Source: Candidatus Nomurabacteria bacterium (GTDB taxonomy: Bacteria; Patescibacteriota; Minisyncoccia; Phycocordibacterales; UBA9973). From it: a stretch of 62,445 nucleotides of DNA. The stretch spans positions 1-62,445 of the forward strand of contig JANPIZ010000003.1 of the NCBI GenBank assembly GCA_031425235.1. Direction: 5' to 3'. The position numbers and the translations under genes were made by a program. Numbering within the stretch: position 1 is the first letter of the stretch; each line of letters begins with the position of its first letter. Shown piece after piece: positions 20,060 through 30,082 of this stretch. The notes beneath the pieces were generated by a model. That model saw only the letters and a program-made list of their open reading frames with translations, was not told the origin of the DNA and did not search any database.

Positions 20060-20560
20060 ATGCCTAAAAGAGAAAAAATCAAACTTATATCAGCTATAGT
20101 CATAATTTTCCTAATATTATTGGGCGGGTATTTTTCATACTCATATAAATTAACTGAAGAAAAATCACCTCCAAAAAATCTAATTGAAGAATCAGGAACT
20201 ACTGCAGATAAAAGCTATAATCAAGAAAAGACACTAGAGACACCAAAGCCGCAGACTAAAGCACAAACTGACCAAGCAACCTTAGAAATAAACGGCGCAC
20301 CATTCACAGCCCAGATCGAAAAAAATATGAGCGTGTATGATTTTATGATAAAAGTAAAAGATCAAAAAAAAATAACTTTTACAGAGAAAACATATATCGG
20401 CCTTGGAAAATTCATTGATGAAATAAATGGGTTACGGGGTGATGGATCCAGGTTTTGGATTTATTATGTAAATGGACAAAAAGCAAAAATAGGTGTTTCA
20501 AATTATAAGATTAATCCAGGAGATGTCGTATCTTGGAAATATGAAAAAGATATAGATTAA
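20060..20560 (+). CDS. DUF4430 domain protein (transcobalamin beta-domain-like), membrane anchored
   Basis: GLGKFIDEINGLRGDGSRFWIYYVNGQKAKIGVSNYKINPGDVVSWKY. ATG at 20060 preferred over the GTG at 20042, which lies inside the terminator T-run. Confidence 0.75.
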   Translation: MPKREKIKLISAIVIIFLILLGGYFSYSYKLTEEKSPPKNLIEESGTTADKSYNQEKTLETPKPQTKAQTDQATLEINGAPFTAQIEKNMSVYDFMIKVKDQKKITFTEKTYIGLGKFIDEINGLRGDGSRFWIYYVNGQKAKIGVSNYKINPGDVVSWKYEKDID

Positions 20561-20579
20561 AAATTAACTAATTAAAAAT

Positions 20580-22421
20580 ATGCAACATATCAAAAAATTT
20601 ATTACAAATATAACCGGAACTTCTTTAATGCTAGTAATGCTCTTTGGAGCAAGCCATTTAGCTCGAGCGGAAGAACCAGAAAATCCTGAACCAGAGCCAA
20701 CAATAGTAGGGTTAACAGTACGAAGTGGTGAAACTATCATCTTTAACGATGAAGTTGCCTTGCAGGCTGCAGGAACTATCGATATCGATGGACATGATGT
20801 TGACGCCCATAGCGTGCTTTCTCTGCTACGTGACGCTGACACGAGCGATGATAGCTGGGACATAACAGATTTGCAATATTTTGATTCATTTGGTGCATTT
20901 TATTTAAAATGCCTAGAAAGCTCTGTCGGTGAAAATTGCGACAACTGGCAATACGCAGTCGATGGTTCATACTCTTTTTCGAGTATTGATCAATATATCT
21001 TACATGGTGGAGAAAATGTATATATTTACTTTGGACCACAAAATAAAATCACCTTGAGTTCAAATTCTATCACTACAAATGGTAGTGTCACCTTGACTAC
21101 CCAAAATTACGACTATAAAAACAATGATTGGGTAGTTCGTAGTGGGGTAACTGCGGGAGTAACCCAACCAGACCCAAATGACCCATTTACTCCTATAGAA
21201 ATAACAACAACTGAAGTGGACGGAAACGGACAAGCAGTATTTAGCAACCTAGCTACTGGATCTTACAATCTTGGAATTAAAGAAGATTTTTATTTTCCTA
21301 CCGAACCACTTACAGTAACTACAGCCTCAAATGGTGGTGGGGGTGGAAGTAGGACCACAACCACAAAAGACGCAAAAGTTCTTGGGGCCACAACAAAAGC
21401 CGAGTTTAACTTAGAAAAAGCTTTCGATTTCCTTATTTCACAACAAAAAGAGAATGGTTCATTTGGGGAAGAAATTTACACTGACTGGGCAGGCATAGCT
21501 TTAGCAACAGGCGCTCGCCAAGAACAAACTATAAAATTGGTTAAATACCTAGTAACTACAAAAACTGCAGGTACCCTTCTCACTGATTATGAGAGACACG
21601 CCATGACTCTCCTTTCTCTCGGACTCAATCCTTATAACACAAACGGTGAAAACTATATTGGAAAAATAGTAGCCAGGTTCGATGGAAAACAATTTGGAGA
21701 TGCAAACGAAGATAATGATGACATCTTTGCACTCATAGTATTACAAAATGCAGGATACAAAACAAATGAAAAAATACTTACCGACAGTGTTGAATTTGTT
21801 CTAGGAAGGCAAAAAGAAAATGGTTCCTGGGATGAAAGTGTGGACATGACTGGCGCAGGAATGGCGGCGCTGTCCCCTTTTAATCAAAATGAAAAAGTAA
21901 GCGTTGCGATAGGAAAAGCAAAAGAATTCTTGAAGCAAAGCCAGAAAGAAACTGGTGGCTGGGCTAATGTATCGGCTACCGCCTGGGCTATCCAAGGCAT
22001 ATTAGCACTCAAAGAAAATCCAGTTGATTGGAAAAAAGGTGACAATACACCATTTGATTATTTCGCTACAAATCAAGATACTGACGGAGGAATAAAAAAT
22101 GAGAACCTGCAAAGTAAACTTTGGGAAACCGCATACACCATAACAGCTTACTCAGGAAAAACATGGAACGAACTCATGCAAACATACGAAAAACCACAAA
22201 ATGCTTCGGTGCTCGGAGCGTCGACAGAAGTTAAAACACAAACCACTATTGTTCCAGTTAAAAAAATAGCGATAAAACCCAAAATAGCTATTGCGAAAGA
22301 TATAAATCTCGACGCACCAGTAGCCCCTATCCCAATGGAAACTCCCGAAGCTCCAGCCGTAGCGCCTCAAGAACAAAGTTGGATCAAGAAATTATTTAGG
22401 AGCATCTGGAGTGCTTTATAG
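20580..22421 (+). CDS. Secreted protein with prenyltransferase/terpene-cyclase-like alpha/alpha-toroid repeats
   Basis: Signal peptide plus repeated Q-x-x-x-G-(S/G)-(F/W) units (SQQKENGSFG, GRQKENGSWDE, QKETGGWA, NQDTDGGI). Confidence 0.6.
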   Translation: MQHIKKFITNITGTSLMLVMLFGASHLARAEEPENPEPEPTIVGLTVRSGETIIFNDEVALQAAGTIDIDGHDVDAHSVLSLLRDADTSDDSWDITDLQYFDSFGAFYLKCLESSVGENCDNWQYAVDGSYSFSSIDQYILHGGENVYIYFGPQNKITLSSNSITTNGSVTLTTQNYDYKNNDWVVRSGVTAGVTQPDPNDPFTPIEITTTEVDGNGQAVFSNLATGSYNLGIKEDFYFPTEPLTVTTASNGGGGGSRTTTTKDAKVLGATTKAEFNLEKAFDFLISQQKENGSFGEEIYTDWAGIALATGARQEQTIKLVKYLVTTKTAGTLLTDYERHAMTLLSLGLNPYNTNGENYIGKIVARFDGKQFGDANEDNDDIFALIVLQNAGYKTNEKILTDSVEFVLGRQKENGSWDESVDMTGAGMAALSPFNQNEKVSVAIGKAKEFLKQSQKETGGWANVSATAWAIQGILALKENPVDWKKGDNTPFDYFATNQDTDGGIKNENLQSKLWETAYTITAYSGKTWNELMQTYEKPQNASVLGASTEVKTQTTIVPVKKIAIKPKIAIAKDINLDAPVAPIPMETPEAPAVAPQEQSWIKKLFRSIWSAL

Positions 22422-22437
22422 AATATAATAACGTCTT

Positions 22438-22475
22438 GAAACTAAAAAACTCCCGATCGGGAGTTTTTTAGTTTC
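22438..22475. terminator. Bidirectional terminator
   Basis: gaaactaaaaaactcccg-at-cgggagttttttagtttc. Confidence 0.8.
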
Positions 22476-22492
22476 AAATTATCAAAATACAA

Positions 22493-22885
22493 TTACACCA
22501 TAAAAGATAGTATCCAAGGAGTCGGTATAGCAAGAAGCATAAGCACAGCACCGAGCAAAGCTAAATTCTTTTTAAAATTTATTTCTTCACCCATTCGTCC
22601 TGCATCACTATGAGGCATTTTCCAAAATTGATGCATTTGTAATGTAGTAACTGCTAAGAAAAGAGCGAGCAGGAACACAGAAAATTCTACGTAAATGCCT
22701 AAAAGGATTCCGAGACCACCAAGTATGAGCATAACACCAGTCAGCATAGTAGCCTCACGTGGCATTGGCACACCTTTTGATTTAGCGTAGCCAGTATACA
22801 TGGTAATATGCTTAAAATGGTTTGCACCACTCATAATAAAATAACCTCCTAGTAAAATCCTCCCTAGCACAAATAAGTATTCCAT
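22493..22885 (-). CDS. DoxX family membrane protein
   Basis: LGRILLGGYFIMSGANHF and four TM helices. Confidence 0.75.
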   Translation of the reverse strand: MEYLFVLGRILLGGYFIMSGANHFKHITMYTGYAKSKGVPMPREATMLTGVMLILGGLGILLGIYVEFSVFLLALFLAVTTLQMHQFWKMPHSDAGRMGEEINFKKNLALLGAVLMLLAIPTPWILSFMV

Positions 22886-22947
22886 AGGTTTATAATTAAA
22901 TAATAATGAATATATTATAACATAAATTGCAAAATTTCGAATCCAGT

Positions 22948-23562
22948 TTATTTTTTGTATTCTACTATCTTTCCTGCTTTTATTTCAATATTATCAGCCT
23001 TACGTAAATGCTTAATATACGACTGTGGCACTATGTCGTAATACTTTACATGGTCGAGCCGAGTATCTACATGCCATAAATCTTTTTCATCTATAACCCA
23101 ACCAGTTCCTAATCTATTCATATTTAATAATGATGAATATGAGCGGAGGGTTTTGTGTCCATTATTTAAAAAATATTCGTGAAAATATGACATACATAAT
23201 TCTCGAATATTTTTGTACACTGGTTCACGATACCGCAGAACTGCATGATTCGTTTTTGACAATGCTCCCCATAAGCCACCTATTTTAAATGGAGCGATTA
23301 CATGATGGTTGTCACCCTTTCCTTCCACCACCTTAAGGCACAGCACGTACGGTACCTGCCCCTGAAGCGACAATAAGTATGCCCCTAGTAATGCACCTTC
23401 CATGCAGTGTGCATTTTTTTTTCGTAATACCATAATAGGTGACTTCACCGTCTCACCATTTTTTTCAAAATTAAATGGGATAGCATTCAAAAAATCTTGC
23501 ACCTTCGTTGGAGTGTTTAACTTTTTAATTAGCATTTTTTCTTTTTTAGTAAATGCGAGCAC
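22948..23562 (-). CDS. Hypothetical protein, possibly a transglutaminase-like Cys/His fold
   Basis: NAHCMEGALLGAYLL ... DNHHVIAPF spacing. Weak call. Confidence 0.35.
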   Translation of the reverse strand: MLAFTKKEKMLIKKLNTPTKVQDFLNAIPFNFEKNGETVKSPIMVLRKKNAHCMEGALLGAYLLSLQGQVPYVLCLKVVEGKGDNHHVIAPFKIGGLWGALSKTNHAVLRYREPVYKNIRELCMSYFHEYFLNNGHKTLRSYSSLLNMNRLGTGWVIDEKDLWHVDTRLDHVKYYDIVPQSYIKHLRKADNIEIKAGKIVEYKK

Positions 23563-23582
23563 AGTTTATTGTTTTTAATTTA

Positions 23583-24062
23583 CTAGTTAAAAACTGTAAC
23601 TGTCACGGTTGTTTCAGTAGCTGCTTGCAAAGTGAGCCTGTAAGGAGCCCCATCTATCGTATTGTTTCTATTTGTTACAGTTCCTAAACGAACTTCTCGT
23701 TCAGAATTCAGTTTACCACCTGAAGCTATTAATACAGCTCCGAGCTCTCCCGCCCAAACACACTGTGCATCCTTTGGACACCTAGAATCATTTATTTGCT
23801 TTAGAGTTACGACGAGTCCGTCAGAAAAAGTAATTGATGAATTTATTCTTAATGTAAAAGAAGTGCCAAAATTATGGACATTTGGAGTTGGAGCAGTCTC
23901 TGTGGGTATAGGATTACTCTCCGTTTGGATAGTTGTTGCAGTTCCTTCAGGTGGCTTAGTCGATTGCTCTGTTATTTTATTATGTGAATAGGTAGCTAAA
24001 AAACCGAAGAAAAATACAAAGATAAGGACTATAACAAAGAAAAGTATTTTGTGCTTGTTCAT
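23583..24062 (-). CDS. Hypothetical secreted protein
   Basis: Signal anchor, T/P-rich linker, and a Cys pair (CPKDAQC). Confidence 0.45.
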   Translation of the reverse strand: MNKHKILFFVIVLIFVFFFGFLATYSHNKITEQSTKPPEGTATTIQTESNPIPTETAPTPNVHNFGTSFTLRINSSITFSDGLVVTLKQINDSRCPKDAQCVWAGELGAVLIASGGKLNSEREVRLGTVTNRNNTIDGAPYRLTLQAATETTVTVTVFN

Positions 24063-24071
24063 ATTTTGTAG

Positions 24072-24350
24072 TTATTCACTATCTCCCTTTTTTAAGTCTG
24101 CCATTTGGATGGGGCTTGAGATTGAAGGTGGTGTCATGTCTATCTCACCAAATGCTTTTTCGTAATTCTCAATTTGTTTACCCATCCACGTCGAAATGCT
24201 TTTCATTACTTGTGGAGTTGAAGCAAACGAGTCGAGGTTATTGCCTGACGTAAACGCAAAGAAAAAAGCTTCTTTTGCATAGGAACCGATGGCTCCGTCG
24301 CAAAACTTCTTTGGCAATTGATTCATGTCTATTTTTTTTGGGTCAATCAT
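24072..24350 (-). CDS. Hypothetical protein (DUF3467-like)
   Basis: 92 aa. The pattern ...EAFFFAF......STPQVMKSI...IENYEKAFGEI resembles DUF3467. Confidence 0.4.
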   Translation of the reverse strand: MIDPKKIDMNQLPKKFCDGAIGSYAKEAFFFAFTSGNNLDSFASTPQVMKSISTWMGKQIENYEKAFGEIDMTPPSISSPIQMADLKKGDSE

Positions 24351-24421
24351 TTGTTTCTTTTATGTATCTATTAACCTATCTATTATATCATATCTAGACA
24401 AGCGATTCAATAAACCTAAAT

Positions 24422-24447
24422 AAAAATCTCCATTTCTGGAGATTTTT
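24422..24447. terminator. Bidirectional terminator
   Basis: aaaa-atctcca-tttc-tggagat-tttt. Confidence 0.7.
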
Positions 24448-24449
24448 AT

Positions 24450-25148
24450 TTATTGTATTTTAATACTTTCGATCATAACAGGACTAAGAGGTTTGTCGCC
24501 TGGTCCAGTTTTAACAAGGGCTATCTTGTCTACCACGTCTTGCCCAATCACCACCTTACCAAAAATAGTATAAAGAGGCGGCAATGGATAATCTTCATGC
24601 ATTATGAAAAATTGACTCCCATTTGTATTTGGACCCGAATTCGCCATTGCGACGACCCCTTTCTTGTAACCTCCTTTCACGTATAGATCGCTCTCTGCAT
24701 TTATTTCATCATCAAACTTGTACCCTGGGCCACCTGTGCCCCACACAGCTGCCTTAGAATCATCTTTGGTGAGCGGATCACCACCTTGAATCATAAAACC
24801 TTTGATGACTCGATGAAACTTCACTTTGTCATAAAAATTACTCTCAGCAAGCTTTACAAAGTTTGCCACTGTTTTTGGCGCAGCTTCGTCGTAAAATTCA
24901 ATTTTGATGCTGCCCATATTTGTATTGATTGTTGCGTTCATGCTTTTTTTGTTATCGTTGGTAATATTTTCTGCATCTGTTTGAGTATTTGCCTCGTTGG
25001 CATTTTCTGGAGGAAGTGAAGTTTCTGTATTTTCAGCGATAGTACTCGAATACGTGTCTATGTTTTTATTCTTGTATGATGTAAATACTATAAAAGCAAT
25101 TACGGCTAATACGACTATTCCACATATGATACTGATATATTTTTTCAT
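24450..25148 (-). CDS. Cyclophilin-type peptidyl-prolyl isomerase, membrane anchored
   Basis: FHRVIKGFMIQGGDP and SGPNTNGSQFFI. Confidence 0.9.
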   Translation of the reverse strand: MKKYISIICGIVVLAVIAFIVFTSYKNKNIDTYSSTIAENTETSLPPENANEANTQTDAENITNDNKKSMNATINTNMGSIKIEFYDEAAPKTVANFVKLAESNFYDKVKFHRVIKGFMIQGGDPLTKDDSKAAVWGTGGPGYKFDDEINAESDLYVKGGYKKGVVAMANSGPNTNGSQFFIMHEDYPLPPLYTIFGKVVIGQDVVDKIALVKTGPGDKPLSPVMIESIKIQ

Positions 25149-25156
25149 AATATTAT

Positions 25157-25693
25157 TTAATCTTGTTTTTTATAAAAGTGAGCTACTAATGAGATGGTGA
25201 TAAGTGTAAAAAAAGCGGTGAGGGCGAGCATTGGTATAGAGATGTATCCACCGAACTCACTGACGTATTGTTTGACACAAGAAGCGCCAGAGGCATCACA
25301 GGGTGCATCAAAGTTGCTGAAATAGTAAAGATAGTTTAAATAAATTGCGTCTATAATTCCAAACACGAGTAGCGGCAATGAATAAAAAACAACATTCTTA
25401 TCTTTTCTCATATAGGCCACAGCAAACAGTAATGCTTGAGGAAACATAAATATTCTCTGCACCCAGCAGTGAAAACATGGAATAAATCCCATTATTTCTG
25501 AATACACAAGTGCGAGCAAAGGTAAAACTGAAAATAACAGTCCGAGAGAAAGAAAATGGTTTTTTATAAATCCTAAAAACTTATTTTCCTTTGTAAGCAA
25601 AAGCAAGAAAAGTGCCATCACAGAGAGGATCTGTAAAAGTATTGCTCCCGTTCCCAAGAACATATTTAGATAATGTACATTTTCTGGGTTCAT
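25157..25693 (-). CDS. DsbB/BdbC-like disulfide bond formation protein
   Basis: Polytopic membrane protein with CFHC in the first loop and a second Cys pair (C..ASGASC). Confidence 0.7.
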   Translation of the reverse strand: MNPENVHYLNMFLGTGAILLQILSVMALFLLLLTKENKFLGFIKNHFLSLGLLFSVLPLLALVYSEIMGFIPCFHCWVQRIFMFPQALLFAVAYMRKDKNVVFYSLPLLVFGIIDAIYLNYLYYFSNFDAPCDASGASCVKQYVSEFGGYISIPMLALTAFFTLITISLVAHFYKKQD

Positions 25694-25697
25694 ATAA

Positions 25698-26102
25698 TTA
25701 TTGTGGTAATACGCAAGAAGTTTTTTCGGCTAATTGAGTAAGGGGAATTTCTCCGGTAAGACGCGACATGTCAGCAAATTCCCATGTTGGATAACTTTTA
25801 ATGCCTTTGTCTATACATATCTGTGTTTGTGCATTTCCGTCTGGAGTAGAACATTCAACATATGGAAGTAATTTTTGAGATGTCCCAAAAAGTTTCTTTT
25901 CAGCCTGACAGTGAGGGCACCAAAATGCACCATAAAATACAGCACCTTTTTCTTTTAAGCACATAGCGAATTCGTCATATTTACCAGGGCCAGAAGGAGC
26001 TGCAGCGCCAGAACGTAGTACTATAGTAGCAATCAAACCCAACACCAAAACACCGATTACAATTAAGAATATTTTTACGTTATTTTTATTATCCATGCCC
26101 AA
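25698..26102 (-). CDS. Thioredoxin-fold protein (WCPHC), membrane anchored
   Basis: GAVFYGAFWCPHCQAEKKLFG. Confidence 0.75.
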   Translation of the reverse strand: MGMDNKNNVKIFLIVIGVLVLGLIATIVLRSGAAAPSGPGKYDEFAMCLKEKGAVFYGAFWCPHCQAEKKLFGTSQKLLPYVECSTPDGNAQTQICIDKGIKSYPTWEFADMSRLTGEIPLTQLAEKTSCVLPQ

Positions 26103-26113
26103 ATTTTAGCAAT

Positions 26114-26494
26114 TTATAGAATCTTTGGCAAGAAAATAATGAGGCCTATTATCGCAGCAGCGAAGGCAGCAATGAGTACTGCTCCGGCTGCTACGTCTTT
26201 TGTATCTCTTGCGTATGGATGATATTCGGGAGATGTTAAATCTATATCTATCTCGATAGCGGTATTCATGGCTTCGGTTACCACAACCAAGCCAATAGCG
26301 AGTACCACTAACACCCATTCAGTACTTGAAATATGTAAAATACATCCAAGGTATACAGCAAGTATCCCAAAAAATGCGAGGCCTAAACTGTTTGGGCTAT
26401 TTTTAAACAACACCAAAACTCCCCGCCATGCATGATTTGAATTTTTAATGCGTGGTAATATTGAAGAATTTTTTTTATCTTTTAATTCTTCCAT
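26114..26494 (-). CDS. dgkA: Diacylglycerol/undecaprenol kinase (DgkA family)
   Basis: VTEAMNTAIE motif and three TM helices. 126 aa. Confidence 0.8.
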   Translation of the reverse strand: MEELKDKKNSSILPRIKNSNHAWRGVLVLFKNSPNSLGLAFFGILAVYLGCILHISSTEWVLVVLAIGLVVVTEAMNTAIEIDIDLTSPEYHPYARDTKDVAAGAVLIAAFAAAIIGLIIFLPKIL

Positions 26495-26564
26495 CCCAGT
26501 ACTAAAATTTTAAACTGTTAAAATAATGGTCATGTGTTTTAATCAAAATTTAGTACGGGACACG

Positions 26565-27047
26565 TTACTCAACTTTTAAAGTTCCCTTCATTCCCATAGC
26601 TCTATGTGAGCCGACAGAGCAGTAATATTCAAAGCTACCGGTCTTTGTCGCAGTAAATTCTATAGTTTTCTGTTCCCCTGCTTTTATAATACCTGAGTCG
26701 ACTCCAAGCTCATCAATCTTTAAGTCATGATTCCCTTCTATGTTTTTGAAGGTAATTCTAACTTTGTCCCCTTTTTTAACCGTCATGGTACTTGGTGAAA
26801 ATGAAAAATTATCGCCAGACACTGTGAACTCTTTTACTAAACCTAGATTTATATTTGCATCTACCTGAGCGTTTGGGCTCACGGTCTCAACTGGAGCTGG
26901 TGTTTCTGAATCTCCTGTTGTAGGGTTTTGACTGTCTACGGTAATATCATAATTAGTAGGTGCTTCTGAGTTTCTACTACTTAATCCAAAAAACAATGCG
27001 ATCGCTGCTAAAACCAAAACTATTATTACTATATATGTATTTTTCAT
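26565..27047 (-). CDS. Cupredoxin (plastocyanin/azurin-like) copper protein, membrane anchored
   Basis: NHDLKID ... YYCSVGSHRAMGMKG (His, Cys, His, Met ligands). Start at the internal MKNTYIVIIV preferred. Confidence 0.75.
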   Translation of the reverse strand: MKNTYIVIIVLVLAAIALFFGLSSRNSEAPTNYDITVDSQNPTTGDSETPAPVETVSPNAQVDANINLGLVKEFTVSGDNFSFSPSTMTVKKGDKVRITFKNIEGNHDLKIDELGVDSGIIKAGEQKTIEFTATKTGSFEYYCSVGSHRAMGMKGTLKVE

Positions 27048-27131
27048 ATTATTTTTTATTGAATTTAATAAATAAACAGTCAAATGTTCACTCATATATT
27101 ATACCATGAAACAACCCTTAGAACATGTGGA

Positions 27132-28286
27132 TTATTGATATTGTATATAGATAGGCTGAGGGTTTAATTTTAATATTTCACCTGGAGTCAGCAAGGCTGT
27201 GCTCGGAGGCCAGAGATCGTTTTTATAAAAGAGTTTAAAACCTGTAAATTGAACTGGTTCGGCGTACACGAAGTTTCTATAGGTACCTATTTTTTTTGCT
27301 CCCCCACCCCATCCATCCATATGCATTATTATCTGTACTTCAGGTAATGCTTTTATTTGCTTGTAATTTGTCACCATCTTCCCTGTATAACGATGCACAA
27401 TGAGAATTTTTGGAGGAAGATTATTTTCTTTTACAATTTTTGCAAGATAATTCGCAGCGAAATTTATATCAGCTGCGTCTAGAGTGCCGACTACTTTTCC
27501 TGGCCGTATGCCATTTTTCATTGAAAATTCCGGATCTACACCCACATGTACATTTGGTAATTTTAAATATTTTTCAAAATAAGGAACCTCTGCTTCCAAG
27601 GTAGAAAATCCAACTTGGATATCCAAGAAAACAATTGCGTTTATTTTTTCTGCCATGACGAGCACTTTATCTATCTCGGAATCAGGCATACGAGCTCTGT
27701 ATTTTCCATCTTTACCAGCACTGCCTTGGGCGACGACAGCTATGTAATGAAGCGCAGGGATGACGGGAGTAGCCGGATCAGCTTCTTCCCACTTTTTTAC
27801 TTCCGTTTTTAATTTTGCAAACATTTGATCTTCTGGATACTGCCCTAGTACTCCCATTTTTGTTGAATATAAATTCCCATAGTAAGCTATGATGCGATTA
27901 AATGGCAAGAGCGCACCGTCATTCGGATACACAGATTTAACTGGCCATATAGTAGGCTTTGCTACTGGCGCTGGAATAGTAACAGTGGTGACTTTGCCTG
28001 TTTTTTTATCTGTAGTGGTTTTAGTAGTAGGACCTTTGGGTGCTGGGTTATTTGCGAGCTCAAGCATCTTTTTGTCGTATGCTGCCGGATCGAGCTTGGC
28101 TACCTCCCTTTCTGTAGTGTCAAAAAAGCTTCCAATTGAATCAGTGATGCTTGGTTTTTCATTTACCGCAAGTTCCGCCTGAGGAGGATACAACTCAGTG
28201 CTACTAAACAATCTTGGCACTATGAAAAATAGCACGGAAATAAGAGCGACTACAACTAAAAAAAGTAAAATAATATTTTTCTTCAT
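27132..28286 (-). CDS. Hypothetical secreted protein
   Basis: 384 aa with a signal anchor. No motif recognised. Confidence 0.45.
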   Translation of the reverse strand: MKKNIILLFLVVVALISVLFFIVPRLFSSTELYPPQAELAVNEKPSITDSIGSFFDTTEREVAKLDPAAYDKKMLELANNPAPKGPTTKTTTDKKTGKVTTVTIPAPVAKPTIWPVKSVYPNDGALLPFNRIIAYYGNLYSTKMGVLGQYPEDQMFAKLKTEVKKWEEADPATPVIPALHYIAVVAQGSAGKDGKYRARMPDSEIDKVLVMAEKINAIVFLDIQVGFSTLEAEVPYFEKYLKLPNVHVGVDPEFSMKNGIRPGKVVGTLDAADINFAANYLAKIVKENNLPPKILIVHRYTGKMVTNYKQIKALPEVQIIMHMDGWGGGAKKIGTYRNFVYAEPVQFTGFKLFYKNDLWPPSTALLTPGEILKLNPQPIYIQYQ

Positions 28287-28329
28287 TATAGTAATAGTAT
28301 ATCAAACCAAGCAAACAAAAGCTTGTACA

Positions 28330-30072
28330 CTACAACCTTTCACCTATCTGTTGTCGCCACATAGCTGAATATAATCCTTGGGTGGCAAGGAGCTCATCAT
28401 GAGAACCTGATTCAGTAATCACGCCTTTCTCAAGTACATATATTGTATCCGCATGCATAATAGTAGAGAGACGATGAGCAATAATAATAGTCACACGAGA
28501 TTCACTCATGGAAACATCCCGAATTGTTTTAGTGATTTCTTCTTCCGTTAAAGAATCAAGTGCCGATGTTGCTTCATCAAAAATTAAAATATGTGGATTG
28601 CGTAATAGTGCCCGAGCGATCGACAAGCGCTGACGTTCACCGCCTGAAACTTTCACTCCCCCTTCGCCTATTAGTGTATCAAGCCCCTTTCCACCTCGAG
28701 TAAGCAAGTTTTGACACTGAGCTTTGTTGAGAGCCTCTAAAGATTCTTCATCCGTTGCATGTGGTTGCACAAAAAGAAGATTCTCGCGTATAGTACCGGC
28801 AAAAAGCTGGGTATCCTGAGTTACAAATCCAGTTTGCCGGCGCACATCTTCTTTATTAATATTTTCAAATGAAACATGATTGTAGGAAATCACACCTCTC
28901 GTAGGCACATATAATCCAACGAGCAACTTAACCAGAGATGTTTTACCGGAGCCTGATGGACCCACGAAGGCAATGGTTTTACCACGAGAGGTGGCAAACG
29001 AAATATTAAAGAGGGCATCTTGTTCACTCGATTTATATTTAAATGACACGTCTTTAAATGACAATGTTTCGATACTCCCGAGCTGAGCTGGAGTTTCCAC
29101 TACTCGCTCGATTGGCGTCTGCATTAAACTTTCAAAGTTCGCAAGCGATGCTTCTGCTTCTCGATATGTACCTATTGTGGCACCTATTTCTTGAAGTGGA
29201 TTAAATATAAAGAATGAGTAAATAAATAGTGAGAAAAATTCACCAAAAGTAATCGTATGCGTAAATATCAAATACAACATAAAGAAGAGCAGGCTGGTGC
29301 GAATGAAATTAATCACTGTTCCTTGAATAAATGAAAGAGACCGTAAATGGCGAAGTTTTTTCAACTCAAGTTCAAGTATTTTATTCGTTGTTGTGTTTAA
29401 GCGTTCGACTTCTTGATCCGAAAGCCCAAGGGCTTTTACCAACTCAATATTACGAAGTGACTCAGTCGTCGAGCCAGCAAGTGCAGTCGTTTCGGCTACG
29501 ATAACGCTTTGAATGTCTTTTATTTTTCTTGATAACAATAAGCTCATCCCAACAATGATCGGGATCGTTCCAAAAAATGCAACAGCAACACCCCAATAGA
29601 TACTCGTCGCATAGACCGCTACGAAAATAAATCCGATCAAGGAAACAAAAAGCACATTCACAAGGGCAGCTATCAGCTTTTCTGTATCCCCGCGAACTTT
29701 TTGAAGTTTTCCGAGCGTTTCTCCGCTTCGTTCGTCTTCAAAAACACTATATGGTAAAGCAAGTGAATGCGCCACACCATCTCGATATAAATCAGCTCCG
29801 ACACGTTGACTGACACCATTTAAAAAATAATCTTGAAAATTCTTTGCTGTCCGCGACACAAACGCAGTACCGATAATAGCAAGGAGAAGGAGCCCGACTC
29901 CTTGGAAAAACTCTGCCCTCGTATATAAGTCTGGTTTAGTGGCATAGTTATCAATCACATGCCTGAAAATGTATGGATCAAGTAGAGAAAAAATCTGGTT
30001 GATACTTGCAAGCACGAGTGTCAGAGCACACAGCTTCCAATATTTTCGCAAGTAATGGTAAAAAGTTTTCAT
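28330..30072 (-). CDS. ABC exporter, fused permease/ATPase (MsbA-like)
   Basis: Six TM helices, then GPSGSGKTS (Walker A), VSGGERQRLSIARAL (signature) and ILIFDEATSALD (Walker B). Confidence 0.9.
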   Translation of the reverse strand: MKTFYHYLRKYWKLCALTLVLASINQIFSLLDPYIFRHVIDNYATKPDLYTRAEFFQGVGLLLLAIIGTAFVSRTAKNFQDYFLNGVSQRVGADLYRDGVAHSLALPYSVFEDERSGETLGKLQKVRGDTEKLIAALVNVLFVSLIGFIFVAVYATSIYWGVAVAFFGTIPIIVGMSLLLSRKIKDIQSVIVAETTALAGSTTESLRNIELVKALGLSDQEVERLNTTTNKILELELKKLRHLRSLSFIQGTVINFIRTSLLFFMLYLIFTHTITFGEFFSLFIYSFFIFNPLQEIGATIGTYREAEASLANFESLMQTPIERVVETPAQLGSIETLSFKDVSFKYKSSEQDALFNISFATSRGKTIAFVGPSGSGKTSLVKLLVGLYVPTRGVISYNHVSFENINKEDVRRQTGFVTQDTQLFAGTIRENLLFVQPHATDEESLEALNKAQCQNLLTRGGKGLDTLIGEGGVKVSGGERQRLSIARALLRNPHILIFDEATSALDSLTEEEITKTIRDVSMSESRVTIIIAHRLSTIMHADTIYVLEKGVITESGSHDELLATQGLYSAMWRQQIGERL

Positions 30073-30082
30073 TAAACCCTTT

